Assembly: GCF_964194155.1 (NCBI RefSeq) | Contig: NC_135889.1 | Coordinates: 65,782,001 to 65,846,000, forward strand | DNA from: Cetorhinus maximus | Taxonomy: Eukaryota | Direction: 5' to 3' | DNA: 64,000 bases | In this document: positions 49,326-62,795 of the stretch, piece by piece | How the letters are laid out: each line of letters starts with the position of its first letter | How positions within the stretch are numbered: the first letter of the stretch is position 1 | The notes under the pieces: model-generated | Databases searched by the model: none | Seen by the model: only the letters and a program-made list of their open reading frames with translations | What the model was told of the DNA's origin: nothing | Made by a program: the position numbers and the translations under genes

Positions 49326-51116
49326 ATAGTATAAGTTCAGACAGTTACCTGCTCATGATCACAGCCCAAGGAAAGATCAAGAACTTGTCGAAGGAAGTCC
49401 AGCCGCAGGAGGAACAGGTTGAGTAGTAGTAGTCCAGATAGTCCAAGAGCTCTGGTAGGGCAGGTAGTTCAACAAGAGCGAGAACCAAAGAACAGGCGAG
49501 GAGCGACACAAAAAGCAGGAGCCCCTACGATAGAGAAGCTCTAGTGGCTACAAACAAGTTAGATGGTAAACTGGTAAAGGTGAAGCAAAGTAAAAAGAAC
49601 TTGACAATTGGAGAGAATTTGGCATTTACACGGAGGGGTCACACACAGGACCACCAGCGTTGTCCCGTTGATGGATATGTATGGAGAAATACTTCCCGAT
49701 GGTAAGTATAATGCTAAGGCCAGACTTGTAGCTCAGGGATTTGAGGACTAACTGGATGACCAGGGAATTAGAGTGGACTCCCCAAAAGCAGGAAAAGTAA
49801 GTTTTGAGGATCCTCCTAGCACTTTTAGCAACATACTCATGGGAATGCAAATCCATTGATATCAAGCAGTATTTTTACAAAGGGAACAATTTCAGAGAGA
49901 AGTATTCTTAAAGCCTCCAAAGGAAGCTGGAGATATAGATGGGAAATTATGGAGGCTAAATAAGTGTGTTTATGGGCTAAACGATGCATCCAGTGTATGG
50001 TATTTTTCAGTTAGGTCCTACCTACTAAAAGTTGGCTGTCTTCAGCTAAAAACAGATCCAGCAATGTTTTATTGGTACAACGAAGGAAATCTAGCAGGCA
50101 TTTTCTTAATGCACGTGGATGGTTTCCTGTGAGGGGATCTGCAACATTTGAGAAATTTGTGATAGATAAAATTATAAAGGAATTCAAAAGTGGAAGTCGG
50201 GCTTCTGGAGCTTTTAAATATATAGGGTTGGACATTAGACAAAATAAGTTGGGAATAGCCCCATCTCAACAATCTTACCTAGAGAATGTTAATAGGATCC
50301 CAGTTAAATTGGGCCAGATCCTCACAAAGGAATACTGTACAACCAAGGAAGAAACAGATCAATTAAGAAGTCTAATTGGACAATTAAACTGGTTTTGCAC
50401 ACAAATTAGACTGGATGCGTGCTATGATGTATTAGAATTGAGCACCATGCTGAAATATGCTACTGTTGGAGAAGTGTTAAAAGCAAATAAGACATTGAAC
50501 AAATTAAATTTAGAAAAATGTACGCCCAAATTTCCAGACCTGGGTGACCCAGAAGGGATGAAATTAGTCGTTTTTAGTGACACCTCACCCTCTGTCCATT
50601 CGCCAAAGAGTGTTAGGGAAAAGAGGTTGTGGATTGATCTCACAAGCATAAAAGAGATGCTGGAAAGGAAGGAAATTTCAAAAATAAAATGGGTCGACAC
50701 TGTTGTAACCAAATTAATTTTTTTTTGTTTCCAAGACGGGGCGGTGGGGAGTTTGAAATATGTTCAAGATTGATTGTGTAATAAGATAACATGTATTATC
50801 ATTTTGTATCTTCTCTTATGAATAGTTTGTGATTGTATATCAATTTAATTTAAAGAAAAGTGGGGAATCTGTTGGTATATAATAGGCTCTGTTTGATGAA
50901 TGTTAAATACCCAGTAGTTTAAGCTAATAAGACAAACAGGTTTTGGATATTTATAAGATAATTATAATCATATGTGTATATAAAGAAGAGTCAGCCAGCA
51001 CTGATGGAGGTTGTGTTGGAGTGGAGGAGTGAGCTCTGTGGCAAGCAATAAACTGTCTCTGCCAAAGCATCCTAGTCCCTGTGTTTTCCTCACAACCAGA
51101 CTTGAGTTCCCTGACA
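49326..51116 (+). mobile_element. Copia (GalEa-like) RT/RNase H remnant with PPT and 3' LTR
   Basis: ARLVAQGFE, DSPK, SIDIK, LWRLNKCVYGLNDAS, DPAMFYW, MHVDG, FKYIGLDI, LVVFSD, EKRLWIDL..IKE. PPT aaagaaaagtggggaa; LTR 50870-51116 (TGTTG...TGACA) with tatataaa and aataaa. Confidence 0.85.
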
Positions 51117-51249
51117 AACTGTACTTTTCTCACCCAGCCTGAGCTGGAAGGTTGGGTGAGCAAGGTGCAGCTCCTGACTAAGCTAAGTTAAAAAGGAATG
51201 AGTGGTAATCTGACTGTGATTGCCACTCCATGGAAGTTCTGGTCCAACA

Positions 51250-51385
51250 TTTCAGGTCTGATGAAAATGAAATGTTAACTTTGTCTCTGTCTCCATAGGT
51301 GCTGCCAGACCTGCTGAGTGTTTCCAAAATTCTGTTTTTAATTCAGATTTCTAACATCTGCAGTAATAGCTTTTATGTTTTAATG
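51250..51385 (+). mobile_element. Old Penelope pLTR tail with collapsed hammerhead motif
   Basis: ctgatga...gaaatgttaact...gctgccagacctgctgagt...cagatttctaacatctgcagt. Confidence 0.65.
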
Positions 51386-51711
51386 AATAGACTGGTATTG
51401 TTGGTTTTCAAGGCTTTGATGTTGCAATGATACCATTGCACAATTGAAACTTAACAAAGTGGAACATGCACTGACCTCTTTGTAAATTCCTCGGTCAGCA
51501 AGTTTATGTAGGTGGAGGCTAACAAGCTATATAAATGCTGCTTGAAATCTGATTCCTTGGGGAAGTGCAGTGTAGGGAGAGTGAATGGGGCTGGTAAATG
51601 CCTGGAGGAGAAACAGTTACCTAATGCAACAACAAAATATAAAACAAGCTCCTACTTAAAGGGGATATGGCAGCACTGGTATTAGCATGCAACTGGGACC
51701 TATAGATATAT

Positions 51712-53585
51712 TTTTGTTATTCATCCACAGGATGTGGGCTTCGCTGGCTAGGCTAATATTTACTGCCCATCCCTAGTTTCCCTTGAGAAGGTGGTGGTGT
51801 GCTGCCTTCTTGAAACGCTGCAGTCCATGTGGTGTAGGTACACCAACAGTGCTGTTAGGAAGGGAGTTCCAGGATTTTGACCCAGCGACAGTGAAGCAAT
51901 GGCAATATATTTCCAAGTCAGGATGGTGAGTGGCTTGGAGGGGAACTTCCAGGTGGTGGTGTTCCCAACTACCTGGTAGTGGTCATGGGTTTGGAAGGTG
52001 CTGTCGAAGGAGCCTTGGTGAATTCCTGCAGTGCATCTTGTAGATGGTATACACAGCTGCCACTGTGCGTCGGTGGTGGAGGGAGTGAATGTTTGTGGAT
52101 GTGGTGTCAATCAAATGGGATGCTTTGTCCTGGATGGTGTCAAACTTCTTCAGTGTCGTGGGAGTTGCACTCATCCAGGCAAGTGGGGAGTGTTCCATCA
52201 CACTCCTGACTTGTGCCTTGTAGATGGTGGACAGGCTTTGGGGAGTCAGGAGGTGAGTTACTCGTCACACAATTCCTAGCCTCTGACCTGCTCTTGTAAC
52301 TATAGTATTCATATGGCTAGTCCAGTTCAGTTTCTGGTCAATGGTAACCCCCAGGATGTTGATAGTGGGGGATTCAGAGATGGTAATGCCATTGAATGTC
52401 AAGGGGCGATGGTTGGATTCTCTCTTGTTGGAGATGGTCATTGCCTGACACTCGTGTGGTGTGAATGTTACTTGCCACTTGACAGCCCAAGCCTGGATAT
52501 TGTCCAGGTCTTGCTGCATTTGGACATGAACTGCTTCAGTATCGGAGGAGTTGCGAATGGTCCTGAACATTGTCCAATCATCAGCGAACATCCCCACTTC
52601 TGACCTTAAGAAAGGAAGATCATTGATGAAGCAGCTGAGGATGGTTGGGCCGAGAACCCTACCCTGAGGAACTATTGCAGTGATGTCCTGGAGGTGAGAT
52701 GACTGATCTCCAACAACCACAACCATCTTCCTTTGTGCTAGGTATGACTCCAACCAGTGGAGATTCCTGTTGACTGAATGTCAAGGGCAGTCACTCTCAC
52801 CTCACCTCGGGAGTTCAGCTCCTTTGTTCATGTTTGAACCAAGGCTGTAATGAGGTCAGGAGCTGAGTGGCCCTGGCGGAATGCAAACTGGGCATCAGTG
52901 AGCCGGTTATTGCTAAGCAAGTGCTGCTTGATATCGCTGTTGATGACCCCTTCCATTACTCTACTGATGATTGAAAGTAGACTGATGTGGTGTTAATTGG
53001 CCAGGTTGGATTTTTCCTGCTTTTTGTGTACAGGACATACCTGGGCAACTTTCCACATAGCTGGATAGTCAGTGTTGTAGCTGTATTGGAACAGCTCGGC
53101 TAGGGGCGCGGCAAGTTCTGGAGCACAAGCTTTCAGTACTATTGCCGGAGTATTGTCAGGGCCCATAGACTTTGCAGTATCCAGTGCTTTCAGTCGTTTC
53201 TTGATATTACGTGGAGTGAATCAAATTGGCTGAAGACAGGCATCTGTGATGCTGGGGATCCCCGGAGGAGGCTGAGATGGATCATCCACTCGGCACACCT
53301 GGCTAAAGTTTGTAGCAAATGCTTCAGACTTGTCTTTTGCACTGATGTGCTATGCTCCTCCATCATTGAGGATGGGGACATTTGTGGAGCCTCCTCCTCC
53401 AGTGAGTTGTTTAATTGTCAACTACCATTCACGACAGGATGTGGCAGGACTCCAGAGCTTAGGTCTAATCCGTTGATTGTGGGATCGCTTAGATCTGTCT
53501 ATCACTTGTTGCTTATGCTGTTTGGCACGCAAGTAGTCCTGCATTATAGCTTCAACAGGTTGACTCCTCATTTTTAGGTATGCCT
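51712..53585 (-). mobile_element. 5'-truncated CR1-clade LINE, same family as 1-699
   Basis: VPQGRVLGPTILSCFINDL, MFADD, MQQDLDNIQAWA.KWQVTF, ILGVTIDQKLNW; 3' tail cccacatcctgtggatgaataacaaaaa on the minus strand. Confidence 0.9.
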
Positions 53586-56339
53586 AAATTGACCAAAGCT
53601 GATGGTGCAACCAGAGATATGAGTTTGCCAAAACATTCCAAGCATTCAATAATTAAACATTTTGAAACCAGAAGCTTGGTGATATTGGTGATTCGCAACA
53701 TTGGAAACATGTAAACCATCAAAAATGCTAAAAGATTTTGTATATGTCACTTAGTCTATTGACAGAAAATGTATAAAAACCACAGAAAAGCAGAGTGAAA
53801 ATAAGCTTTTAATTGGTTTCCTGAGGTGAAAAAATATTGTTTAATAAGAGCAGAAAAATATCCGAAAGATCAGAGAACAAATAAATCAGGTGAGGAAGAT
53901 CATATGAGAACATTTCTCTTTAATGGCACTATATTCCTAGTGCCTCCTCAGCTATTTAAAAAAATGTGGAGGTATTGAGCAAAACTTAGTGTTCTTTGAC
54001 ATCACATTCAGACTTTAAACACTATTATCTTAAGCTTTTTCCACTTCAAAACAAATGAAATGCTGGATCTGTATTGAGTTTTAATCTAATGTCAGATGCA
54101 ATTAGCACTTCAGCACTATTTTAATCAGAAAAATAATTGGTGCACAATAGTTAATTATTTCTTAAAATAGGACTTTGTAAGTATGGATTGACAAATTTAG
54201 TTAATACTCATTATTATTATAAAAGATACAATTGTAGGGTTAATAGTTAAATACTTGCCCACAACCATTATCAATATTTTTACACAAATCACATACCAAA
54301 CTTTATCCTATACATTAATCTTTCATGCAGTTGCGCAAGTTTCAAAGCATTCCAAATACTGCTGGATACAGATACAAGCAATGGTGAAATCATCACAACA
54401 TTGATGTAATTAACTTAGTCAAGTTAGGCACAGGAGCACACTTACTCAAAAATTAACTTAAAGTTACAGGCCAACTGCTAATGTCAAGGTCTGCCTTATT
54501 CCCTATTGTGATAAGTGATCTCCATTACATAACTCTAAAACATTGTATAACTCCCATGCTGTAATATCATTCAGTGACCATTTGGTTCATTACTTTAGAA
54601 GTATTGGACAGTCACTGGCAATGGGTATTAGTATAGTTGTGAGGAAATTGAAACAGATAAAGCAATGATTAGCCATAGTGTTATGTCATGGTTAGGACAT
54701 CATGGGCCTGATAGAAGACTCCACTCACTCTCTTAATTAAAGTAACCTGCAGGCAATAGCTGTAAGAATATGTTTATTGCTTGTGAGAAATTTGCTAATT
54801 TGCACAGGATACATGTTAACATATGTAGAGTAATCTTGAAAGACCAACTGCAAACCTTAAAATTATACATGTATAAGCTATCCATAGATCGCTTGAATAT
54901 TGGAAATTTGGTAAGGATCAGATGAAGGAGGCACACTAAATACAAACAATCAACAAATTAGAAAGGCAATTTCAATATGTGTTGGCAAGAAGTATCTTCT
55001 GTGGACAGGAGAAGGCAATCCACACCAGTTAGGGTTCTTTTTGGTTATAGTAGTAGCTTCTCAGTAGAATCCAAAGATTCCAAACAACAAAACACATTTA
55101 CATAGGGCCTATAGAACTGCATATTTGGTGGGGCATATAACAGGGCACTGGTGCAATATTACCAGTTTTACGCTACTGCCCAAGATATATTTATACCCTA
55201 GAATGTCTAGGCTCGCACATGAAGAGCTATTGAATGGAATCAGTCAGCTAAAAGTGTAAAACCTTCCACCTAAAGTGACTGGCAATACCATAGCTTTCAA
55301 AATGTGCTATCAGAATGAGAAAGATCCCACTGTTTTGATCCTTTGTGTCTTGTCTTATCTCCATTGATTAGTAAAACCTTATTTGAAATCCAGTTCTAAT
55401 TTACTATCCAAATTTATGAAAGATGGCTTAAGTGGTAGACTCACAGACATCCAACTGCATCCTGTGAATTGATCGTTTTTCTTTATATGAACTCCCTAAA
55501 ATCAAACGTTTAATGTTTCTTAGTTCTTGACCTGAACATTTCTATTTAAAATGATGCCTGGATTTCATCTGGCTTATAAAAAGCTGTTCTATCTTTTTAA
55601 ACTGTTCCATTTTGATTCAAAATAGAACATGGAAGTGGATATAGGACAATACACACTCTCATTCTTTTAGATAGTCAGGTTCATTTAGGCATTTATTTAA
55701 TGAATACCTACAACTGATAACAAAATCTCACCACCAATAGGTTATGGAACTCAACAGTCAACGAATAGAGATATTAAGTTAACTTATGCATAGACTCTCT
55801 GAATGTGCATCATTTATGGTTGACAGCCATGTCTACATATCCAGCTCCTTTATAAACAAAACACTGGAGCTTAGCTTGTGAAAATAGAACACATTTGAGA
55901 ATTAGGTTGTCTTTTCATCTGCATTTTTGTGTACCATTAAAATTTACTATGAAAATTGTGAAATAAGGCATTACCTGTTTGCTTATATATATGAGAAATA
56001 ACAACATTAGACTATTACCAGTTTTATGTTCTGTGCTTGAATAATGATTTCACAATCCATATAAAACATTGTGGCTCATAAGAAAAGAATAATTCAGACA
56101 TGAAATCCATAACGTTGGCTCCACCTATTGGTGTACAGCAGATCACACAGGTATTCCCAAAATCCACAGAATAAATTAACTCACCAAAAATTGTTAGTTG
56201 TTTAATTTATACTGAAAGCTTAAAAAAATTATTTGTGCTGTGTGACTAGAGATTTTATGGATTTAGCAACTGTGAAAGAGATATTCTAACATGTTCAATG
56301 ATGTTGGAGAAGTAATTATTTATATGTCCATCCTACTTC

Positions 56340-57375
56340 AAAGCCAGGCCACCATCATCCAGCTGGATGGGACTGCACTCACCTGGCTTTATTCCTACCT
56401 ATTTGATCAAAACCAAACCTGCAGTGGCTTCTCTTCCCATTCCCACAGCTCCACCTCTGGTGACCCCCAAGGATCTATCCTCTGTCCCTCCTGTTTCTCA
56501 TCTACATGCCAGCCCTAACAGAGAATTAGTTTCACATTTATGCTAACGACACACAACTCTTCCTCACCACCAATACTCGTGACTCCTCCAATGTCTAAAT
56601 TACCAGAGTGCTTATATATCAATCTCCTCCAGTTAAAAATTGGAAGACTAAAGCCACTGTCTTCAGTCCCAGAGTGAATCTCCGTTCCTTATCTATTGAT
56701 TCCATCCCTCTTCTTGGCAACTGAAACCGAACCAGAATGTTTGCAACCTTTGGTCATATTTCTGTAACATCACCCAAAAAGAGTTGTCCCTGCCTCATCT
56801 ATTGCTGGAACTCTCATTCATGCCTTTGTTACCTCTAGATGACTATTCCAGCGTACTCCTGGCTGGACTCCTGGCTGGTGTCCCACATTCTACCCTTCGT
56901 AAACTTGAGGTCATCCAAAACTCTGCTGTCCATATCCCAGTCATACCAAGTTTCATTCAACCATCACCCCTATCCTCACTGACCTACATTAGCTCCCAGC
57001 TAAGCAACACCTTCGATTTAAAAATTCTCTTTTTTCCAAAACCTTCCAGTGTCTTGTCTCTCCCTATCTCTAAGATCTCCCCCAGTCTTACAGTACTCTG
57101 AGATATCCGTATTCATCTATTGATGGCTTTTTGAGTACCGCCAACTTTAATTGTTCCATTATTGCTGGCCATACCTTCGGTTGCCTTGGCCCTAACCTCT
57201 GGATTTCCCTCCTTAAACCTTAATCCTTTAAGACTCTCCTTAAAACCTACCTCTTTATCAAGCTTTTGGTCATCTGCCCTACTTCCTCTTTATGTGGCAG
57301 ATTGTCAAATGTTACATTAGCACACTCCTGTGAAGGCCTTGGTACACTTAATTACATTGAAAGTGTAAATGTAAG
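56340..57375 (+). mobile_element. Decayed L2 LINE (RT to 3' end)
   Basis: GTALTWLYSYL, GDPQGSIL, tatgctaacgacac (YADD-like), LEVIQNSA, ccttaaaacctacctcttt, L2-type tail. Confidence 0.8.
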
Positions 57376-57714
57376 CTATTTTGTACGTAAATTGTACGTA
57401 TTTTCGTAGCTTTTTAAAGCTGGTATTTAAAGCAGTGACAAGCAGATCCCAGTATAATCTGATTAGAAAATATATGAAAATCCTATTTAAATAATTACAT
57501 TTATTATTGAAAAAAACACAAGAAATAAATACAGAAATTGCAAATATTCTGTGTTTCTGTTTATTCTGCTGTAACACATAAAATTATAAAGATAAAGGGT
57601 GGAGAACCACACAGTTTGATTCCAAGGTTACATTTTTCATTGGATTGCCTCTGAACTGCTGCCATGGAATTGAATATCATGAACCAGCAACTGAAAACGT
57701 AACATAACGTTTAA

Positions 57715-57870
57715 TTAGTATTTAGGTGAGCACTTGAAACGCCATAACATACAGGGGTTTGGGCCAAGTGCTGGAAAATGGGATTAAAATAGATCGGTGC
57801 TTGATGACCGGCACGGACACGATGGGCCGAAGGGCCTGTTTCTGTCCTGTATAACTCTACGACTCTATGT
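57715..57870 (+). mobile_element. Short CR1 3' end with octamer-type tail
   Basis: gatgggccgaagggcctgtttctgtcctgtataactctacgactctatg. Confidence 0.75.
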
Positions 57871-58224
57871 AAGTAAATTTAAAAATCTTACGAAAACAGG
57901 TATGTGTCCTTACAATGGAAATAACTCCTATGCTTGATTTGTACAGATTTTAGCACCAAGGAATCATTTTATTATACCAAAGCTCATAATGAATTCATAA
58001 AGAAGTATTGCTTGGTATTCAGTTCTAGAAATGTTTTCAGTAACAGCTCAGTAAAATAATATAAATAAACTAGGATATCTCATCTGGCACTGCTATGTTC
58101 AGTTTTTTAATCATTAGTTTTGTGTTCCATATATCTGTAGATGTTGGTGAAATTAGCCAATAAACAGGAATTAAAAGAAAGTGCTGATTTAATCCTAAAA
58201 AGAATCAACAAGGTATTCTGCTTT

Positions 58225-58640
58225 TCAGCATGAGCTTACTCTCTGGAAAAGCTGAACGCTTAATCCTGTTTCCGTTAAAAATGTATTTCTTAAATACCCT
58301 TTTAACCCTTTTAAAATTATGGATTCTACTTTCACCAAAGATTCTAGTAGGTCATTCAATGTCCTAGCAATCGTTTGTGTAAAAAAAAATTCTCCCACTC
58401 TTGACATTCTTCCAGTAATTATCTGCAATTTATGCTTTATGGTCATTGGTTCATCCACCAGTGGAAAATAATTTTTGCTTATTTAGCTAATGAAACCTCC
58501 TCATAATTTTAAACAACTCTGCCAGAAACTCTGCTTAACTTTCACTTCCAGTCAGAAGAGCCCAGAGTCTCTACTTCATCCTCATAACTAAATCCTCTCA
58601 TCCCTGTTGTCATCTTGTTGAATGTCTGCTGTATCCTCTC
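58225..58640 (-). mobile_element. Old CR1 3' fragment
   Basis: GMRGFSYED and FFFTQTIARTLNDL motifs in the ORF track. Confidence 0.6.
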
Positions 58641-59199
58641 TTTGGGGGAGGGGTTACCCAAAACAAGACATAATAGAGCCAAAGTTTCTTCCCTTCCCAC
58701 CTCCTCTATTCTGCCAGGCACTAGACAGGTGCAATGTACCTGAGGTGTGTTGCACGTGTGAAGACCTAGAATCACACAAATTTCCTGCCTGGGCCCGCTT
58801 AATGCAGAACATTACATTGGGACCTGGGGGCCAAAAACTTGAACGCAGTTGCAGCTCAGCCCTCCTTGTTGTCGGCCTTGAGGACTTTTGACTGCTGTGG
58901 ATTAGTACTTAATCATTGAGCTCCCTTTTGTAAAGGAATGCGGTGGCAGAAATATTTAGCTAATTTATATAAATGCAGTTTGTTTATATTTTTATTGAAC
59001 GTTCTTTTTAGAAAATTATTAAAGAAGTAAACTATCGTCGCTTCAAAGGAAAATTAGGCTTGACATATAGCAGGTGGTTGATGCAATAATGACCTTTTCC
59101 GCCATCATCTTCATCCTGGTAAACTTTCTTTCTCTTTAATGACAAAAGGTCAGGAAGGAATTTAGTGAGACATTGTTTTTTGTGAATGAAAGATTCATG

Positions 59200-59876
59200 G
59201 GCCGGAATTTTTCAGGTGGCGGGCGGGATCTGCAGGGGTGGACGGGGGTGGTCGCGGAGCCGATTGCCGCCCGTGATCGGCTCCACACCACCATTTTATT
59301 AAGGCCCGCCCAGCGTAATACGCGAGCCGTAGCGCTCAGTGCGAGGGGAGGAGGGAGAGTCGGGCCCAGCGCTCTTTCACGCATGCGCGCAAAAGAGCGC
59401 TTCAATCTCCCTGAGGCACAGAGCTGCCTCAGGCAGATTGAATCGATGTTCAAAAAATTAAATAAAAGGTTTAAAAATTTATTTAAACATGTCCCCTCAT
59501 GTGAATGTGTCACATGAGATGGGACATGTTTTTATATTTAGGAAATTTTTTCAATTTGTTTCATAAAAGCTTTGGGAACCTCATCCCACTCATGGGGATG
59601 AGGTTTCCTAAAAAACGCGAAGGCCACTTGGCCTTTTCGTCTGCCCACCAACCTTAAGGTTGGACGGGCAGCATTACTAATGACATCAATTACTTTCTTA
59701 ATGGCTTTAATAGGCCATTTACATATTGTCGGGCGTGCAGCCGACTCTGGTGCACACCCGCTAAACAAAATATCGCAGGACTGCACGATGACGTCGGGAT
59801 GCACGCCCAACGTCATCACCCGTCATTTTACGCGTTGGCGTGTCGGGCCCGCTCCACACACCGAAAAATCCTGCCC
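59200..59876. mobile_element. Harbinger-derived MITE (non-autonomous)
   Basis: Imperfect TIRs ggccggaatttttc / gaaaaatcctgccc and 3-bp TSD atg. Right half is homologous to 49037-49325; CpG-rich with internal hairpins. Confidence 0.85.
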
Positions 59877-59924
59877 ATGGAGACAGGAGAGGAAGGGAAA
59901 CAAGCAAAAATAATACCAGTATTT

Positions 59925-61670
59925 AATGACAATTTGTATTTATTTAACACCATTAACATAGTAAAGCATTGCCAAGTACTTCACAAAAGCATTATTAAAC
60001 AAAATTTGACAATGAATCACATAAAGATATATCAGGGAAAATGACCAAAAGCTTGGTCCAGGAGCATCCTAAAGCTGTTATAACCGGGATGGGAGGAGGG
60101 CACAGTTGATCTAGCTCCACTACTCCATAGGTCGCACCATTTGTTTAACAGTTTAATTTACTCAGCAAAATGGCCAACGATTTACCTTCGCTACTGTTAT
60201 CCAGAATAAAAGAGGCTTCAACCAGGCTTCTTTCAATAAACAACAAACCTATTAGTTTAGTATAAAACCAGCCTTGTCGAGTAGAAAGGCAAAGTTTATT
60301 AACATACATTATAGAATATGAAAGTATACTAGTTACTCTTTCGAGATACCCTAAGTCACACACATGCACGCACACATACACACACACAACCCCCTCAAAA
60401 AATAATAAAATAAAAATAGAGGAACTCTGCCAAGGATTAAAAGTCAATGGTTCAAGGAAAAAGGAAAGATGGTGGAGTCCTTGAAATGGTGTCTAGGTTA
60501 TAAGGTTGGTCTCTCAGCGCTGATCTGTGAAACAGCCGATGACTCTTGCACTGCTTCTCAGGGGGACTCACGTAACACTTGCAGGTACTCCATTCCAGCA
60601 CGTAGCAACTTAGGAGCAGCTTATATTCACTTCCGGCTGTGGACTGACTCTGGACTGCAAAAAGGCTGCTGTCTTCCTTTCACAAGCATTTGGCCCTTTC
60701 TCTTCTCAAAGCAAAACCAAAACCAACTTTTAAACACAGCTTTTCCAAACATTTTTTTTTCAGAACCATAAGCTACCATGTGACTCCTTTGTACACAGTC
60801 CACCAGGGTCAAGAGGTTTCCAGGTTCTTTAAAACTGCTTAATTACCTTTTCTTGTAAAAGGGTGTTTTTTTTTCAGGAATAACAGAGTCCTGCATTAAT
60901 CCTTTAAGAGACAGTGTCTTTTAAAACACATTCTTCCAGTATGTTCTTAGTCCTTGAAGATGAACCATTTTCTATGGTTAACGTGTTCATGACAAAGGAT
61001 TAAAGAGAGGTAAAGAGGCAGAGAGGTGCAGGGAGGGTATTTCAGAGCTTAGGGCCTAGGCAGCTGAAGGCACGGCGAACAATGGTGAAGTGATTAAAAT
61101 CGGGGATGCTCAAGAGTGCATAGTTAGAGGAGCAGCGATATCTCAAAGGGTTGTGAGGCCAAAGGCAACTACAGAGATAGGGAGGATGGAGGCCCTAGAG
61201 AGATTTGAGATTGGCCAGTGTGAAATCATGGTCAGAGGCCAATTGTGGTTGGCGGTCCGTTCCCCAGCCGCTCCTGGACCCCCCTGTCACCCCTGCCTGC
61301 CGACCTGAAAATTCTGCCCAATGCCTTTGATCTTCCCAATACTTAGTTAGAGGAAATTTCTGTTTATCCAGTACTGGATGTCAAAAAGAGCAGCCTGCTA
61401 ATTGAAAGATAATGCAGGGGTCGAAGAAGGTGGTAGTGAGGTATATCTGGGTATCAGTGTACATATGAAAACTGACACTGGTTTCAGATGACATTGCCAA
61501 GGGGCAGTTTTTATATAGAAATAGAAGGGATTAAGGATAGATCCTTGAGGGGGGGTGGGGGCACCAGAGATAATGGTGTAGGAACAAGAAGAAAAGCCAT
61601 TGCAAGTGATTCTCTGGTTATGATTAGATAGATAAGAATGGAATCAGGTGAGTGCAGCCCCATCCATTGT
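59925..61670 (-). mobile_element. L2 LINE 3' region interrupted by a solo LTR and a short Harbinger-end fragment
   Basis: L2 tail 59930-60075 continues at 60995 (ttcagagcttagggcctaggcagctgaaggcacgg); TIR-like gaaaattctgccc at 61307-61319. Confidence 0.7.
60076..60994 (-). mobile_element. Solo LTR related to the Gypsy B LTR
   Basis: TGTTA...TGACA termini, near-TSD aagc/aagg, interrupts an L2. The minus strand shares aactaataggttt...aagcctggttg and tgcgacc...ctcctcccatcccggttataaca motifs with 39077-39272. Confidence 0.75.
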
Positions 61671-61674
61671 AGCA

Positions 61675-62795
61675 CAGGCACCATTTCCACCAACTCCAGC
61701 ATGATGCCACCACCAAACACACCTTCCCTTCAACCCCCCCCCATCCCTCCAGGACATCCTGGTTCACTCCTCCATCACCCCCTACACCTCAACCCCCTCC
61801 CACGGCACATTCCCATGCAATCGCAGAAGGTGCAACACCTGCCCCTTTACCTCCTCCCTCCTCACTGTCCAAGGGCCCAAACACTCCTTTCAAGTGAAGC
61901 AGCACTTCACTTGTACCTCCTTCAATTTAATCTACTGCATTCGTTGCTCCCAATGCGGTTTCCTCTACATTGGTGACACCAAACGCAGACTGGGTGGCTG
62001 CTTTGCGGAACACCTTCAGTCTGTCTGCAAGCAATACCCAGACCTCCCTGTCGCTTGCCATTTCAACACTCCACCCTGCTCTCATGCCCACATGTCCGTC
62101 CTTGGCTTGCTGCAATATTCCAGTGAAGCCCAACGCAAACTGGAGGAACAGCACCTCATCTTCCGATTAGGCACTTTACAGCCTTCCGGACTTAACATTG
62201 AGTTCAACAATTTCAAACCATGAACTCTCTCCTCCATCCTCACCCCTTTTTATCTCCTTTTATCAATGTTCATTTTTATTTTTTTATTTTGATTTTTTAT
62301 CCAGTTATTTTTATTTTTATTTATTTTCATTTTTATTCATTGTTTTATCCCCATCTTTTGTCCTTTTTTCGATCTTTTTCCCACCACCGTCCCTTCCCCC
62401 CACCCCAACCCCACAAGGGCCATCTGTTGCTTGTTCATGTTGCCCTGTATTATCACATTCTGCTTTCTTACCTTAATGCCACCATCAGCACCTCCTTTAG
62501 CCAGTCCCACTACCATTAACACCCCTTTGTTCTTTTGTTTATGACATCTTTGTCAATCTCTCCTTTGCCCCCACCTATCATTGGCCTTCTATCCAGCTTC
62601 ACCTGCTTCACACCCCCTTAAACAATATAAATTTCATCACATTTTTACTTCTCTTTAGCTTTGAAGAAGAGCCATACGGACTCGAAATGTTAACTCTGTT
62701 TTTCTCTCCACATATGCTGTTAGACCTGCTGAGTTTTTCCCGCATTTTCTGTTTTTGTTTCAGATTTCCAGTATCCACAGTATTTTGCTTTTATC
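61675..62795 (+). mobile_element. Penelope-like element, 5'-truncated, GIY-YIG domain plus pLTR
   Basis: ORF 61894-62223 NLIYCIRCSQCGFLYIGDTKRRL, close to 32579-32908. Degenerate hammerhead at 62657-62695; tail gtattttgcttttat. Confidence 0.9.

Noticed and set aside
62220-62519. Hydrophobic Phe-rich ORF resembling a membrane protein
   Set aside because: Translation of the T-rich Penelope 3' UTR
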